NCBI GenBank assembly: GCA_963575745.1
Contig: CAUYUJ010000237.1
Span: 310,001 to 374,000 of the forward strand
From: Prorocentrum cordatum
Lineage: Eukaryota
Length of the DNA: 64,000 nt
Direction: 5' to 3'
Numbering within the stretch: the first letter of the stretch is position 1; each line of letters opens with the position of its first letter. Below, one piece after another: positions 24,978 through 36,662 of the stretch. The notes under the pieces are model-generated. The model worked only from the letters and a program-made list of their open reading frames with translations. It was not told the origin of the DNA and ran no database searches. A program made the translations under genes and the position numbers.

Positions 24978-25157
24978 CTCAAGATCTGCACGGTCAACGG
25001 GCCCTGCTGGAATACCACGTCTGTGTTCCTGGAGACTTGCAATGCGTCTATTGTCTTAGTCCGGGAACATAAGCTAGCATTAAATCGTGTTTTTTGAAGC
25101 GAAGGCTGCCCTCCTCAAGAGGGGTGGGCTTCCTTTTGGGCGCCCTGTCTCCAGGAG

Positions 25158-25220
<63 letters not shown>

Positions 25221-28200
25221 TTTCCCGAGCGCGGGGGTGGCCATTTTGCACAGGAAACATTTTGACCTGTGGGTGGACCCCCGTGCCCTCGGCAAAGTTC
25301 CCCCTGGGCGCATACTACAGTGTTTTTCAGGTATCGGTCTTTCGGGCTTCTGAGCATTTACAGCAATTACTGGCATTCAGGATCGGGCCTGGGCCCAGAA
25401 AACGCGTTGCCGGGGATGGCCATGGGCAAGAACATACTCGGGATCGGGACCCCGTTTGTTGCAGGCGGGGACTTCAACTTAGAGCCAGCAGCGATGTCTA
25501 GCGGGCTGGCACCTGAGCGATATGGAGGGCAGATCGCTCAGCCAGCTGATCACACGCTGGTGCAACCAGACCATTCGGCAGTTCTAGATTATTTTATACG
25601 CAGCCACTGGCTCAGCTTCGGGGCGCAGTTCTGCGAGGCAGATCTGGGAGCAGCTGCGGCGCCGCACCGCCCTGCACTGCTTGGCCTGGCTGAGGGCACG
25701 GGGGCGATAATCGCTTGCAAACTTGCTAGGATCCAGAAGCTTCCTCGCCAGAGGCCCGCGGGGCCCCCTCCCGCCCCGCTTAGTTTTGATGACCTTCAGG
25801 CTGTTCTTGCAGGACCCTTGGGGGGCCTCAGGTTGGACGAAGGGGGGGTTCAACCGGCGCCAGGAGCTCGCCTGGGAGAGTTTCAGCAGATTCTGGATCG
25901 CGTGTACCAGGAGTGGGCGCCCAGGGCTTGGCGCGAGCTTGAAGGGATTTATCAGGTCGACGAGGATGGTGTCCATGGGCTTCCAGGTGGGCCGCCGCAT
26001 GTCTTCGAGTCGGTGTCTTTGGCAAAATTCCTGATTACCAAGTGCAGCCCCTTCAAGTCAGTTTCGCGCGCCGTCGGACGGGTGCCCAAGCGCTTGCGGG
26101 AGTTCCTGGCCCTTTTTCGGAAGCACGGCAGCCCGACTAGTATGCCATAATTTCGCAGGTTGGCGACCCATGCAGCTCGTGGGCGGTGGCTACCATTCAA
26201 GCACCTTTGGCCTGAAGGTGGGCCGTTTTGGAAGCCGCTCATGCAGTACATGGGCAAGAAGCTGCTCAGTATAGATTCTGAACCCTGGCTGGAGGCCGAA
26301 CTCGTTCGAGTCCGGGGCGAAGCTCGCGGCCTGAATCGAGCAGCAGGCGTTCAAAGTTGAAAAGACTCACAGCAACCAGAGGTGGTCCGATCGGTGCTCC
26401 GAAGCCCTCCAGGGGGGGGGGGGGGGCGCTGAGCCCATGCGTACACCAAGGTTGCGACGGACTTTAAGGGGGATGTCATCGAGCTGGAGGAGGGAGTTTT
26501 CACGAGCAGCTTCAGTGCCAGGTTCGAGGCGCAGCAGAATCTTTGGAATGCCGCCTGGAAGGCGGACGAGACTTGCAAGGGGCCCCTGCAGTTGCCCCTC
26601 TTTCCTGACTATGTCACCCCAGAGGCCCCAGATGCAGATACCTTGAGGAGGATCTCAAAAGGCTTCAAGGCGAACACGATAGCGGTCGATGGGTTCCATC
26701 CTCGGCATTATTCGCGTCTCTCCGACGAGGCCCTCAACGCCATGTCGTCCCTTTTCTCCCTGCAGGCGGCGATAGGCCATGCCCCATCTTCGCCCCGAGT
26801 CTTGCTTGTGCAGCTGTTCCAGAAGCCCGAGACTGGAAGAGGGCCGATCGGCTTCTACCAGAGCTATTCGCGTTTGTATTCGAAGGTCTCGGCCGGATAC
26901 TGCAAGGAGTGGGAAGCTCTACTGGAGGATGGAGGAGTATTTAACACGGCGCCAAGGAGGAGCACGACGGATGGCATTTGGAGGCAGGCGGTGAGGAGTG
27001 CGTTAGCTGACGAGAGCGGGTTGCAGGTGGGAGTTCTGCTTGCCGACCTTCTCCAGTGCTACGAGCACGTGTGACGCTCAGCCCTCTGGGAAGAGCGCAA
27101 GCTCTGTGGATTTCCGCTGCGCGTCTTGCGCACTGCTACTTCCAGTTACAGATGGCCAAGAGTGATTATGATGGATCGAGACTGCTCGCCCCTACTTTAC
27201 CCCGACCAGGGGATAGTCGCTGGGAGCAGTACTGCTACGTTCGAAATCAAGGCTTTCATGGTGCCCATGGTCCATGATATAGAGCCGATCGAGAATACCA
27301 GCTTCACGATCCATATAGATGACCTCGAAGTGGATGGAGCCCACAGAGAGGTTGCTGGCTGTTTGAATAGTATTGCTCTGATGGCAAGGCAACTTTTCAG
27401 TGCGTGCGCCAACAGATCGGGGCCCCCGGTCTCGCTGAAGAAAGGGTGTTGCACGTCCAACTCCAGGGAGGCTATGGAGGGAGCCCAGAAGAGCTGTGGC
27501 CAGTACGCGCACACGCTTACGGGGGAGGTGGCGAACTTGGGGGTGGACTTCTTCACAGGTAACAAGTGCTCGAGGGTCCCGAACAAGGTCCACACCAAGA
27601 AAGGCCCCCGCAGTTGCTCCAAGAAGGCCCCCGACCTAGCCAAGAAACGAAGCCGTTGGTCCAAAGCGCTCCGCAGGATGCCCAAGATCAGGAACCTCAG
27701 GGGGAAGGCTGGGACTAAGGCTAAACTATTCTTTGTGGGCCAAAAAACCGAGTACGACGTATGGCAGCGATGTGGTTGGGTTATGTCCTAGAGAAATCCA
27801 TAAGCTCAGAATTATGGGGGCTAAGGCGCTTGGCATCTGGTGCCCTGGGGCCCCCATCGACCTCATCTGGGCCACGGAGACCTCGAAGGACCCGCGGAGC
27901 TATGCCGGAGACACTGCTGTCAGATATGTTCGAGAATGGTGGGGGGCCACGGACCCAAAGTTGCGGGCGCCAGATGGCTTATGCGCAGGGACTCCCACCA
28001 AGGCTTTTCACGCGTGCTTGGAGGCGCTGGTTAGCACACCTCCGAGTCTTGGCTGGCGCCGCAGAGGCACGCATCCTATCCTTGATGCCCTGCTGTGGGG
28101 GACGGAAGCTGGGTGGACTTTTGCCAACCAGGCCAGATTCACCTCAGCTAGTGGCATCCCCGTCGGCCTGACGGACTCCCCGCCAGAGCTGGTGGAAAGG

Positions 28201-29745
28201 ATTTTCAATCAAGATATTCAGCGGAAGTATCCCAAGGCCAGCGTCGACAAGCTTATCCAGGACTGGGATCATCCAAGGGTGCTTGAAATTCCGGAGAGAG
28301 GACTCTGGACCCAGCCCATCAGGACTAAGCTCAGGAGTAAGGATTGCAGTTTTACCAAGAAAATGATTCCCAGGAAGATTTTCTGTCGTGCGTATACCAC
28401 TGCTGCGTCGCTCCACAGCTGGGGTTACGAGATCACCCCGTAGTGTAAGCTTTGCCCAGCCATTGATTCGCTGCGACACAGGATTTGGAAGCGCCTCCAA
28501 TGGGGCATCTGCCAGGCTTGCGCAGGACCAGGACCTCCTTGAGGAGGCGCTAGCAGCAGGGGAGCAGGACCCGCTGCTCAGCTCGCTGTGGATCCCTGTG
28601 CCCGAGATCGAGCTTGAGGACCCGATTGAAGACTTTGTCCGGTATTTCGACCAGGAGGGGCCGACCGACCCGTTCTTGCTCCCGCACAATGCCAAGGTTT
28701 TGTCGGACGGCTCTGTTTGGGACCCGAAAGCGGACGTGGGAGCTCGTGGTGGCTGGGCCGCTGTGGAAATTGATGACGACGGGAATTTACTCAGGGGGAT
28801 GATGGGGTCCATACCTCGAGGGCTTCCCCAAACAGCAGCGCTTGCTGAACACCACGGCTTGATGCACATGATCGAGCACCAGGACCAGGACCCCCCCCCC
28901 AGAGGAAGAGGCCCGTTTGGACGTGTTCGTTGATTGCTCGGCGCTGATATGGGGCTCCAAGGATATGTTGAAGGCCTCCAGAGGTAAGACTGTCCAGAGC
29001 GGTCACTGGCGCAGGATTAAGAATGTGGCCCCAAGGGCCTGGATGATTCACAAAGTCAAAGCCCATTGAAAAGGAAGACTCCGAGGCCCAGCCCAGGTGG
29101 TAAACACGGGGCAACAACTGGGCCGACGTGCATGCGAAAGAGGCGGCGGGCGTTTATAGGTCCCCCCAAGATGTTGCCACCTGCACCGCCCAGCTCTTCA
29201 AATGGAACATTGTTGCCGACTTTGCGGCGGCCGTTCTGGAAGAATGGCCGTCTGCTCGAGAACTTATTGGTGAGTTAGGCAGAGCTCCCAGAGCCAGGCC
29301 AGAAAAGCAGAGACATGTTTATCTTGCCCATAAAGTCAGATGGATGGGCAATGCTTGGCAGTGTTTTGAGTGTGCCAGGACCTTTCGGACTGTGAAAGCG
29401 GCCGAGAATTCGGCGTGTGGCCCCATCGCCCCTGCCCTTCGCTCCCTCCTTTGCCCGCCTGTTCCCCCTTCCCCTCCCCACACCTTCCGAGTGGCCAGGG
29501 TCCTTGCCACGGGGCAGGGAATTCTCTTTTGCAGCGTTTGTGGAAGTTACACGTCAGGCCGCCACCCAAGGGACCTGACTGGCGGATGTTTGAATGTGAA
29601 AGAGAAGCAGGTGCGGATGCTCAAAAATGGTCGCCTTCCGTGGCCCAGGGGTCCTCTCGGGCTCACTTCCCCGTTCTGGACTCCTGGGGCCAAAGTTGCG
29701 GAAGGCTGGGGGTCTTTATTCAGAGACGAGCATCCGCACCACTGA
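24978..29745 (+). pseudogene. LINE ORF2 pseudogene: APE endonuclease - RT - CCHC - RNase H - C-terminal Cys/His fingers
   Basis: LKICTVNG, VAGGDFN, LDYF, PHRP (APE); DGFHP, ADLLQCYEHV, QGIVAGS, HIDD, NLGVDF (RT); SDGS..GGWA, AEHHGL, KVKAH, GNNWADVHAK (RNase H); CFEC and CSVC. Several stops and frameshifts. Confidence 0.88.
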
Positions 29746-30396
29746 TCTCTTTTGGAGACCATTTGTTCACGTACATTTGTGCCAATTACATTCTCGTGTG
29801 CAAAGCAGGGCCTGCCGCAGGCCGACGCGCACACTCTCATCCTTTGTTCCAGGGTGGATGTGTTGGACCATATGTATCTGGCCGTCCGCCTCCCACCGTG
29901 GCTCCAATGTGGTGCCGTGCCTCCTGCGCTCTGCGAGTGTTGAAGAGGGGATGTCCAAGGCAAAAAAGGAGGAGGAAGAGGAGGAGGAGGAGAAGGGGGA
30001 GGAGAAAGAGGAGGAGGAGGCGGAGGAAGGGAGGTAGAAGGAGGAGGAGGACGACGAAGAGGAGGAGGAGGAGGAAGAAGAGGAGGAGGAGGAGAAGGAG
30101 AGGGAGGAGGAGGAGGAGGAGGAGGAGGAGGAGGAGGAGGAGGCGGAGGACGGAAGGTAGGAGGGAGGAGGAGGATGAGGGAGGAGGGAGAAGGAGGAGG
30201 AGGAGGAGGAGACGTAAAAAGCTCTTCACATCCAGGCTCCCAAGCGCGAAGGTGATATAACAAGCTCGGATCCAAGAACGATATGATAACGAAGAAAAGG
30301 TCGACCCGCTCAAAAATCCTGGGTTGAAATATAGTGCGATCCATGAAAACTGTGAGATGGAAACATTTACAGACAGGAGCCGAACTATAGAGATTC

Positions 30397-31230
30397 TCAA
30401 GGCTGCCTGGCCGGGGGGGCTGCGCGTCCGGCTCCTGGCCCGGCGGCGCCTGAAGTGGTGCGCCGGCCGCTCGCCGGCGGAGCGGTCCCTGCTCCTGCCC
30501 CTGCGCTCCCGGCGCCAGCGCGAGCGGAGCCCTGCACCTGCCCGTGCCGAAGGGGCCGGCTGCCTCGGAGCCGGCGCGCGAGGGCTGCGGGCCGCCTCCA
30601 GCCTCCTGCCGTGCTGCCATCGGAGGAGTCGCTGTCAGTCGCGCCCTCCCAGTGCCCGCGGCGGCGGCGCATGCGCCGCCTGCTGGCCAGGTGCCGCCGT
30701 CGGCCAGCCGTCGGCCTGCGCGCCGGCGTGGCCTTTGGCTGGAGGGCAGCGGCCCGTGCCGCCTGCGCCCCTGGCGAAGGGCTGCGCCGACAGTTTCCTT
30801 GCTCTTCGGGTTCGGGCCGGGAGGAGAGCCCCGGTGGAGGGGCGCTGCTGCGCTCCGCCGGCGGCGGGCGCCGCCGCAGCTGCGTCCTCGCCAGGTCTGG
30901 GCGGCTCCAGGGCCGCGGCACTCCCGTCGGCCGCGGCGGGCCCGATTATTGGCGCCGGGGTAGCCCCGTCAGCCCCGCCCCCTCCGCCCAGGGCGGGCCA
31001 GCAGGCGGAGGCGTTCCAGCTGGCAAGGGTGGCGCCGTCGTGAAACGGGACGGCGCGCCAGGCCCAGACTCGGCGGCAGCGGCCCCGCGCCATCCATGCA
31101 CCGGCCGCGCGCCCGGGCCACTGGGGCCGGCCGTCGGGCCAGCCCCTCGGGCCCAGGGCTACCTCAAGTTCCGAAGCCCAAAGGGGGCTGGAACTTGAGC
31201 CAAAATGGCTTGAGCCCAACTGGCTGCGGA
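30397..31230 (-). pseudogene. GC-rich insert headed by a tandem spliced leader; possible retroposed mRNA fragment (Ala/Gly-rich ORF 31093-30635, unknown product)
   Basis: Double SL at 31230-31194, followed by about 800 bp of unique high-GC sequence. Confidence 0.45.
31194..31230 (-). other. Tandem dinoflagellate spliced leader: full SL plus 15-nt relict SL
   Basis: The minus strand reads TCCGCAGCCAGTTGGGCTCAAG (19/22 match) immediately followed by a perfect CCATTTTGGCTCAAG. Confidence 0.85.
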
Positions 31231-31861
31231 AAGCAACTCGCGCAGAATTCCCGAAGGCACCGCGGACCGCGAGAGAGGCCAGGGGAGATCCACCTGCCCC
31301 ACGACCCACAACAGAGGCTCGTCCTGAGGGTTTCGACGGTGCGCCCAACGTCGTCGTGCAATCACCGCGCAAAATTTGAAAACGCTGGGCTGCCCTGAAG
31401 GGTTGAAAGGTGCCCGCCAACAAGGGTTGAACGGTGCCCGCCGACAAAAATCGGCAACGATATCTTGGATCCCACGGTCACCCCAGTCCCGCAGCGATTG
31501 CTAGGACTGATGTTTTTCCATATTCGCAATCCCATGATGGGGTCGGATTGTAGATATTTTGCGCTATCTGCATGATGAAACATATACGGTGTTTGATTTA
31601 TTGCTGCTTATGTCGGCACAGCAAACAGACGAAAAACAACGGGGAACATATGGAAATGGCATGATGATTCTGCATAATCACATTCTAGATTTGCATAGCG
31701 AAAATGGCCTAAACCGTGTGAAAAGGAGGAGGAGGAGGAGCAGGAATCAGAGCAGGAGCAGGAGCAAGAGCAACAGCAAAAACAAGAGCAGGAGGAGGAG
31801 CAGTAATATGAGGAGCAACAATCAGGAAGCAAGAGGGGAAAAGGAGGATGAGGGACGATAG

Positions 31862-32060
31862 ATAGGCTGGATGCATATGCAAGTCAGCCAAACGAACGAC
31901 TGATTCGTGGACTTCTCGCGACAAATCGGCACAATCATTCAGCACGCTATGGACCACGCTCTTCTGTAGAACGATACCAAGCAGCCCCCACCACCGGCAT
32001 TGTAAGCCCAACGCTGTACAACGGCGGATCCGAACATACAAACCCCGGGCCCGCACAACG
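31862..32060 (-). pseudogene. C-terminal fragment of a CRE-like (RLE) non-LTR retrotransposon ORF
   Basis: RARGL..RIRRCTALGLQCRWWGLLGIVLQKSV is homologous to the C-terminus at 34539-34750. Confidence 0.55.
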
Positions 32061-32863
32061 TGCTCAAGCCCGCGGGGACGGGAATGACATGTCCCGCATC
32101 AAATATCAAATTATCTTCACGCTGTCAACATACCTAAAATATCGGGCGTTCCACCGCGCTTCCACGTTATTGAACAGTCGCGCGTGCAACAATTGCAAAT
32201 TTACCATACAAAGTAAATAACATAAGCTTTACTTGGTCCGATGCGAGTGCGTCAGGGGAGGGAAACACCTTATGTATATGTTATTGTCTTGGTGTGGATG
32301 CCTCGCTGATACGGTATAAAGGGGCCCATGTTTGTGTTGGATTCAATCGTAACGTTGCCGCATTCATGATCACATGATTTACAGTACGCGCTAGAATTGC
32401 GCAAGTTCCTTGCTATTCTCGCGGTCCAAAGAACAATCGCAAAAAAAAACATGCACATCTTAGAAATGTAGTTTTTTGTTTGTTTGTTGTTTCATTGCGT
32501 GTATTGCAATGTGCAGACACTGCTCTTTTCCGTAGCGATATTTGCAGGCTTGGCGGAACCAGCATTCAACCAGCACGTAATAATGGTACATACGGAAATA
32601 CGTCAGTTATGTTGTTTGGAAACAGAAATGGCACCTCTTCAAAAGCATCAATCCAAGGAACACTCGAGTGCCAAATGTTTTGTTCAATATCGGCATCAAG
32701 AAGGGACTTGCAAACGCATGCCTTTTTTACCTAACAGCTTTTGCTGATAGGTTTCTAGTAGGCTCAAAAGAGAGCAGCAGATGACTCCACAGGGGGGTCT
32801 GGGCGGCATCCGGGGAGCTGTGTCCGAACTCGTGTCCGAACTCGTTTTTCGCAAGCAGTCACA

Positions 32864-33429
32864 CACTTCGTGCTCTTCGACCTCCCAGAATTCCATTCCC
32901 GGGCCACATTCTGAATGCCCGGAGCCAACTGTAGGCCACTTCGTGCTCTACGACTTCCCAGAGCTCCATTCCCGGGCCACATTTTGAATGTCCGGAGCCA
33001 ACTGTAGACCACTTCGTGCTCTTCGACTTCCCAGAATTCCATTCCCGGGCCACATTCTGAATGCCCGGAGCCAACTGTAGGCCACTTCGTGCTCTGAGCT
33101 TTCCCAGAACACCATTCCCGGGCCACATTTTGAATGCCCGGAGCTAACTGTAGGCCACTTCGTGGTCTTCGAGTTCCCAGAACTCCATTCCTGGGCCACA
33201 TTTTGAATGCCCGGAGCCAACTGTAGGCCACTTCGTGCTCTTCGAGTTCCCAAAACTCCATTCTTGGGCATGATTTTGAATGCCCAGAGCCAACTGTAGG
33301 CCACTTCGTGGTCTTCGAGTTCCAAGAACTCCATTCCTGGGCATGATTTTGAATGCCCGGAGCCAACTGCAGGCCACTTCGTGTTCTTCGAGTTCCCAGA
33401 ACTCCATTCCCGGGCCACATTTTGAATGC
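32864..33429 (+). repeat. 73-bp tandem minisatellite, ~7.7 copies
   Basis: CACTTCGTG starts at 32864, 32937, 33010, 33083, 33156, 33229, 33302 and 33375. Confidence 0.95.
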
Positions 33430-34170
33430 TGAGGCAGGCTGAGGCTGAGGCTGAGGCTGAGGCAGGCTGAGGCTGAGGCAGGCTGAGGCTGAGGCCGAGG
33501 CTGAAGGCAGACTGAGGCTCAGGCTGAAGCAGGCTGAGGCTGAGGCTGAGGCAGGCTGAGGCTGAGGCTGAGGCAGGCTGATGCTGAGGCAGGCTGAGGC
33601 TGAGGCTGAGGCTGAGGCAGGCTGATGAGGCTGAGGCTGAGGCTGAGGCTGAGGAGGCTGAGGCTGAGGCTGAGGCAGGCTGAGCAGGCTGAGGCTGGCA
33701 GGCTGAGGCTGAGGCCGAGGCAAGGCAGACTGAGGCTGAGGCTGAGGCTGAGGCTGAGGCTGAGGCTGAGGCTGAGGCAGGCTGAGCTGAGGCAGGCTGA
33801 GGCTGAGGCTGAGGCTGACAGGCTGAGGCTGAGGCAGGCTGAGGCTGAGGCCGAGGCTGAAGGCAGACTGAGGCTGAGGCTGAAGCAGGCTGAGGCTGAG
33901 GCTGAGGCAGGCTGAGGCTGAGGCAGGCTGAGGCAGGCTGAGGCTGAGGCTGAGGCTGAGGCTGAGGCAGGCTGAGGCTGAGGCCGAGGCTGAAGGCAGA
34001 CTGAGGCTGAGGCTGAAGCAGGCTGAGGCTGAGGCTGAGGCAGGCTGAGGCTGAGGCTGAGGCAGGCTGAGGCTGAGGCAGGCTGAGGCTGAGGCTGAGG
34101 CTGATGCAGGCTGAGGCTGAGGCAGGCTGAGGCTGAGGCCGAGGCTGAAGGCAGACTGAGGCTGAGGCTG
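33428..34170. repeat. (GCTGAG)n / GGCAGGCTGA compound microsatellite
   Basis: Seen directly. Confidence 0.95.
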
Positions 34171-34538
34171 TGACTGCGACTGCCGTTGCCACTGCGACTT
34201 TCATCGCGAATGCGACTGCGACTGCGAGAACAGCAGAATTCTACAATTGGATTCTCATGTGAATCTTAAGGGGAATGCTTCCAGATATGCTCCTACACAT
34301 CGCTGTTAGGTTGCTTTGCCGGGATAATTGACCGAATAAGTGCACGCGTCGTATGGACGTGTGCACGCGTGCACAAATGCATATGTTGTTTCCTTTTTCT
34401 TTTTTGCCCATCATCATCTCCACGATTCGCCAGATCAAGGGCTCACCTGAAAACCAGGAAGCGGTGAAACAAGGGTGAAACAGAGGATACATTTGGCAGC
34501 GCCAAAGAAGGAGGGGGGGAGAAGGAGAAGGAGAAGGG

Positions 34539-35250
34539 TTACACCACCTCCAGCTCGTCAAGCGGAGGTGGTGCTTCCAAGGGGAGCTTTGGGAGATCAC
34601 CATGCTCGTTGAGCACAGCTATGGCCATTGCATTTTGCAAGGCCAACCCGAGCAAACCCCACCAGCGATGCATCAAGCCTAAAGCGAATCCACGCTGGGT
34701 TCGTGGATGTAGATCCTGAGCCCGTTGTCGCGTGAGGGCTGGTGTAAGGTTCACTGCTTGCGCACCCCATCTACCAAAGATTTCATATCCTAGGCAATAC
34801 AAAGCTACCAATCCACTCTCCGAGACCTCCTTGTATGTATGATTGTTTCCAGTTTCGGCTTCTTCAAGTAAGTGCCCCACCCCGGTTACTCGTGCCAGGT
34901 CGTGCAGCACCAGTCGTAGTAATGGGTGACACTACCGTGACGTCGCAAAATGTTGGTAAATTTCGTGAAATCTGCAACCAGCCACAATAATGTCCAAACG
35001 TCGGTTGTCGTTTTTGAGGACAAGAATATGTGTATCTCGGAGTTTCGGAGCATCCGTTCAACATTTCGGCTTGGTGTCAAACCTCCAGCTTCCCGCAACA
35101 CCTCGCGCCAAACACTAATTAATCCCGAGTGCCGTCCAGGCTAATTCCGAGTGCCGTCCATGCAAGTGCTTATGCAAGTCAAATTTGTCGAAAAACATTG
35201 CGATATCGGAAAGCCATTGAAAATTGTCGTTGCGCATCCGTAGATAACAG
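34539..35250 (-). pseudogene. Decayed CRE-like non-LTR retrotransposon C-terminus (restriction-like endonuclease region)
   Basis: LREAGG..NVERML, FCDVTVVSP and YEIFGRWG..RWWGLLGLALQ* across frameshifts. This pattern is typical of PD-(D/E)xK RLE domains. Confidence 0.65.
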
Positions 35251-35874
35251 GTGGTCGGGCATACAATCAACCATACAAAAGAATACAAATTTGCGCAAGA
35301 GTAGAGCCGGGCTTTGCCCGGGGCAGCCGCATTAATACGAGCATTCGCTCCGCCCAAGAGACAACGTAAATTTTGCTACGTTGTGTGTTCCACCGCCTCA
35401 GACGCATGGAATTGCCATCCGTGGCGCCATTATCCTAAAACAAATGGGTGTGATGGCGGTTTTGGAGGCCGTACCCTTGTAGATAGGGCCACCCATGTAA
35501 ATCGAGCTTTCCAGCTATTATTGTCGCATGGTTTGCCTGCCCTTTCCGCTTCCATAAGTAAATCCGGGCCATCGTGGTATGTGATACCACTGCGCGATGG
35601 CAAAAAATCCAGGGTCTACGATAGGAAATTTGTCCAAATCCAGTTAACTCGCCTAGTACGCCCTTGGCGAAGTACGCACAAAATCCCGCAGATTTGCCCT
35701 TCCATAGCGTAGCGGTAATTATTCGCGATTCACCCGTGCTAAAATTGACGCCTCAGATGGCATTGAAAATACGTCGCGGCATGAGTTCAATACATTGTAA
35801 TCGTGCGTTTGTTCGGAGACAACACGCGCAATGCGTAGTTGGTACCGCACAATAATCGGAAATAGATTCTCCCT

Positions 35875-35910
35875 GTCTCTCTCTCTCTCTCTTTTTTTCT
35901 CTTTTTCTTT

Positions 35911-35948
<38 letters not shown>

Positions 35949-35958
35949 CTCTCTTTTT

Positions 35959-35998
<40 letters not shown>

Positions 35999-36031
35999 CT
36001 CTCTCTCTTTCTTTCTCTCTCTCTCTCTCTC
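35875..36031. repeat. (CT)n/pyrimidine microsatellite
   Basis: Seen directly. Confidence 0.9.
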
Positions 36032-36662
36032 ATTTTTCGTTCGCGCGAAAGGTGCGCCCATGGTTCTGGTGTCCGTCCCTCTTTTTTTATTTGTTCTTTT
36101 TACATTACCCAACGAAGGCTGTGGTGAATGGCGGCGTGTCATTTCATAAAATGTGCTGATTGATTTGATTTGATGTTTGGGCAAATTCAATAAACCATTA
36201 CGTAGGGACTTTAAACGTCGTCATATATTTAAATAAATTGTGTCATTATCATCATATTTACCGGTGTGATCTCGCATTGTTTTATTTTGACTGTACGTTT
36301 TCTTGGTAGTCTTGCTGTCGTGTTGGTGGTCTTGCTGATGGTTGTGTTGGTGGTTATGTTGGTGGTCGTGCTAGTGGTTGAAATTGGTGGTCGTGCTTAT
36401 GGAGGGCTGATCACCGTGACGGTCGTTAAGCGTGTTGGTGGTCGTGCTGCTGGTTGTAATGGTGGATATGTTGGTGGTCGTGCTGGTCGTTGGTAAGAGT
36501 ATGCTGGTTGTTGAGTTGGTGGTCGTGCTGCTGGTTGTGCTGGCTGTCGTGCTGCTGGTTGGTGGTGCTGGCTGGTCGTATTGGTGGTTTTGTTGGTGGT
36601 CCTGCTAGTGGTCATGCTGGTGGTTCCCGTGCTTCCCCCACCATCCCCAAGCCTCCCTCCGC

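Larger units (their letters stand above)
23442..29966 (+). mobile_element. Decayed full-length non-LTR retrotransposon (LINE) with RNase H, copy 1, inserted in (GGA)n
   Basis: ORF1 plus a fragmented ORF2 (APE, RT, CCHC, RNase H, C-terminal zinc fingers). Short A-tail at 29962-29967 and GGA tracts on both sides. Confidence 0.88.
32729..34328 (+). mobile_element. Helentron/DINE-1-like non-autonomous element carrying a 73-bp tandem array and (GCTGAG)n
   Basis: ACCTAACAGC (32729-32738, the left arm of a hairpin) and its perfect inverse GCTGTTAGGT (34302-34311). Flanked by T-runs. Confidence 0.6.

Noticed and set aside
32864..33429. Possible CRISPR array
   Set aside because: The whole 73-bp unit repeats, so there are no unique spacers. 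No cas genes, and the context is eukaryotic.
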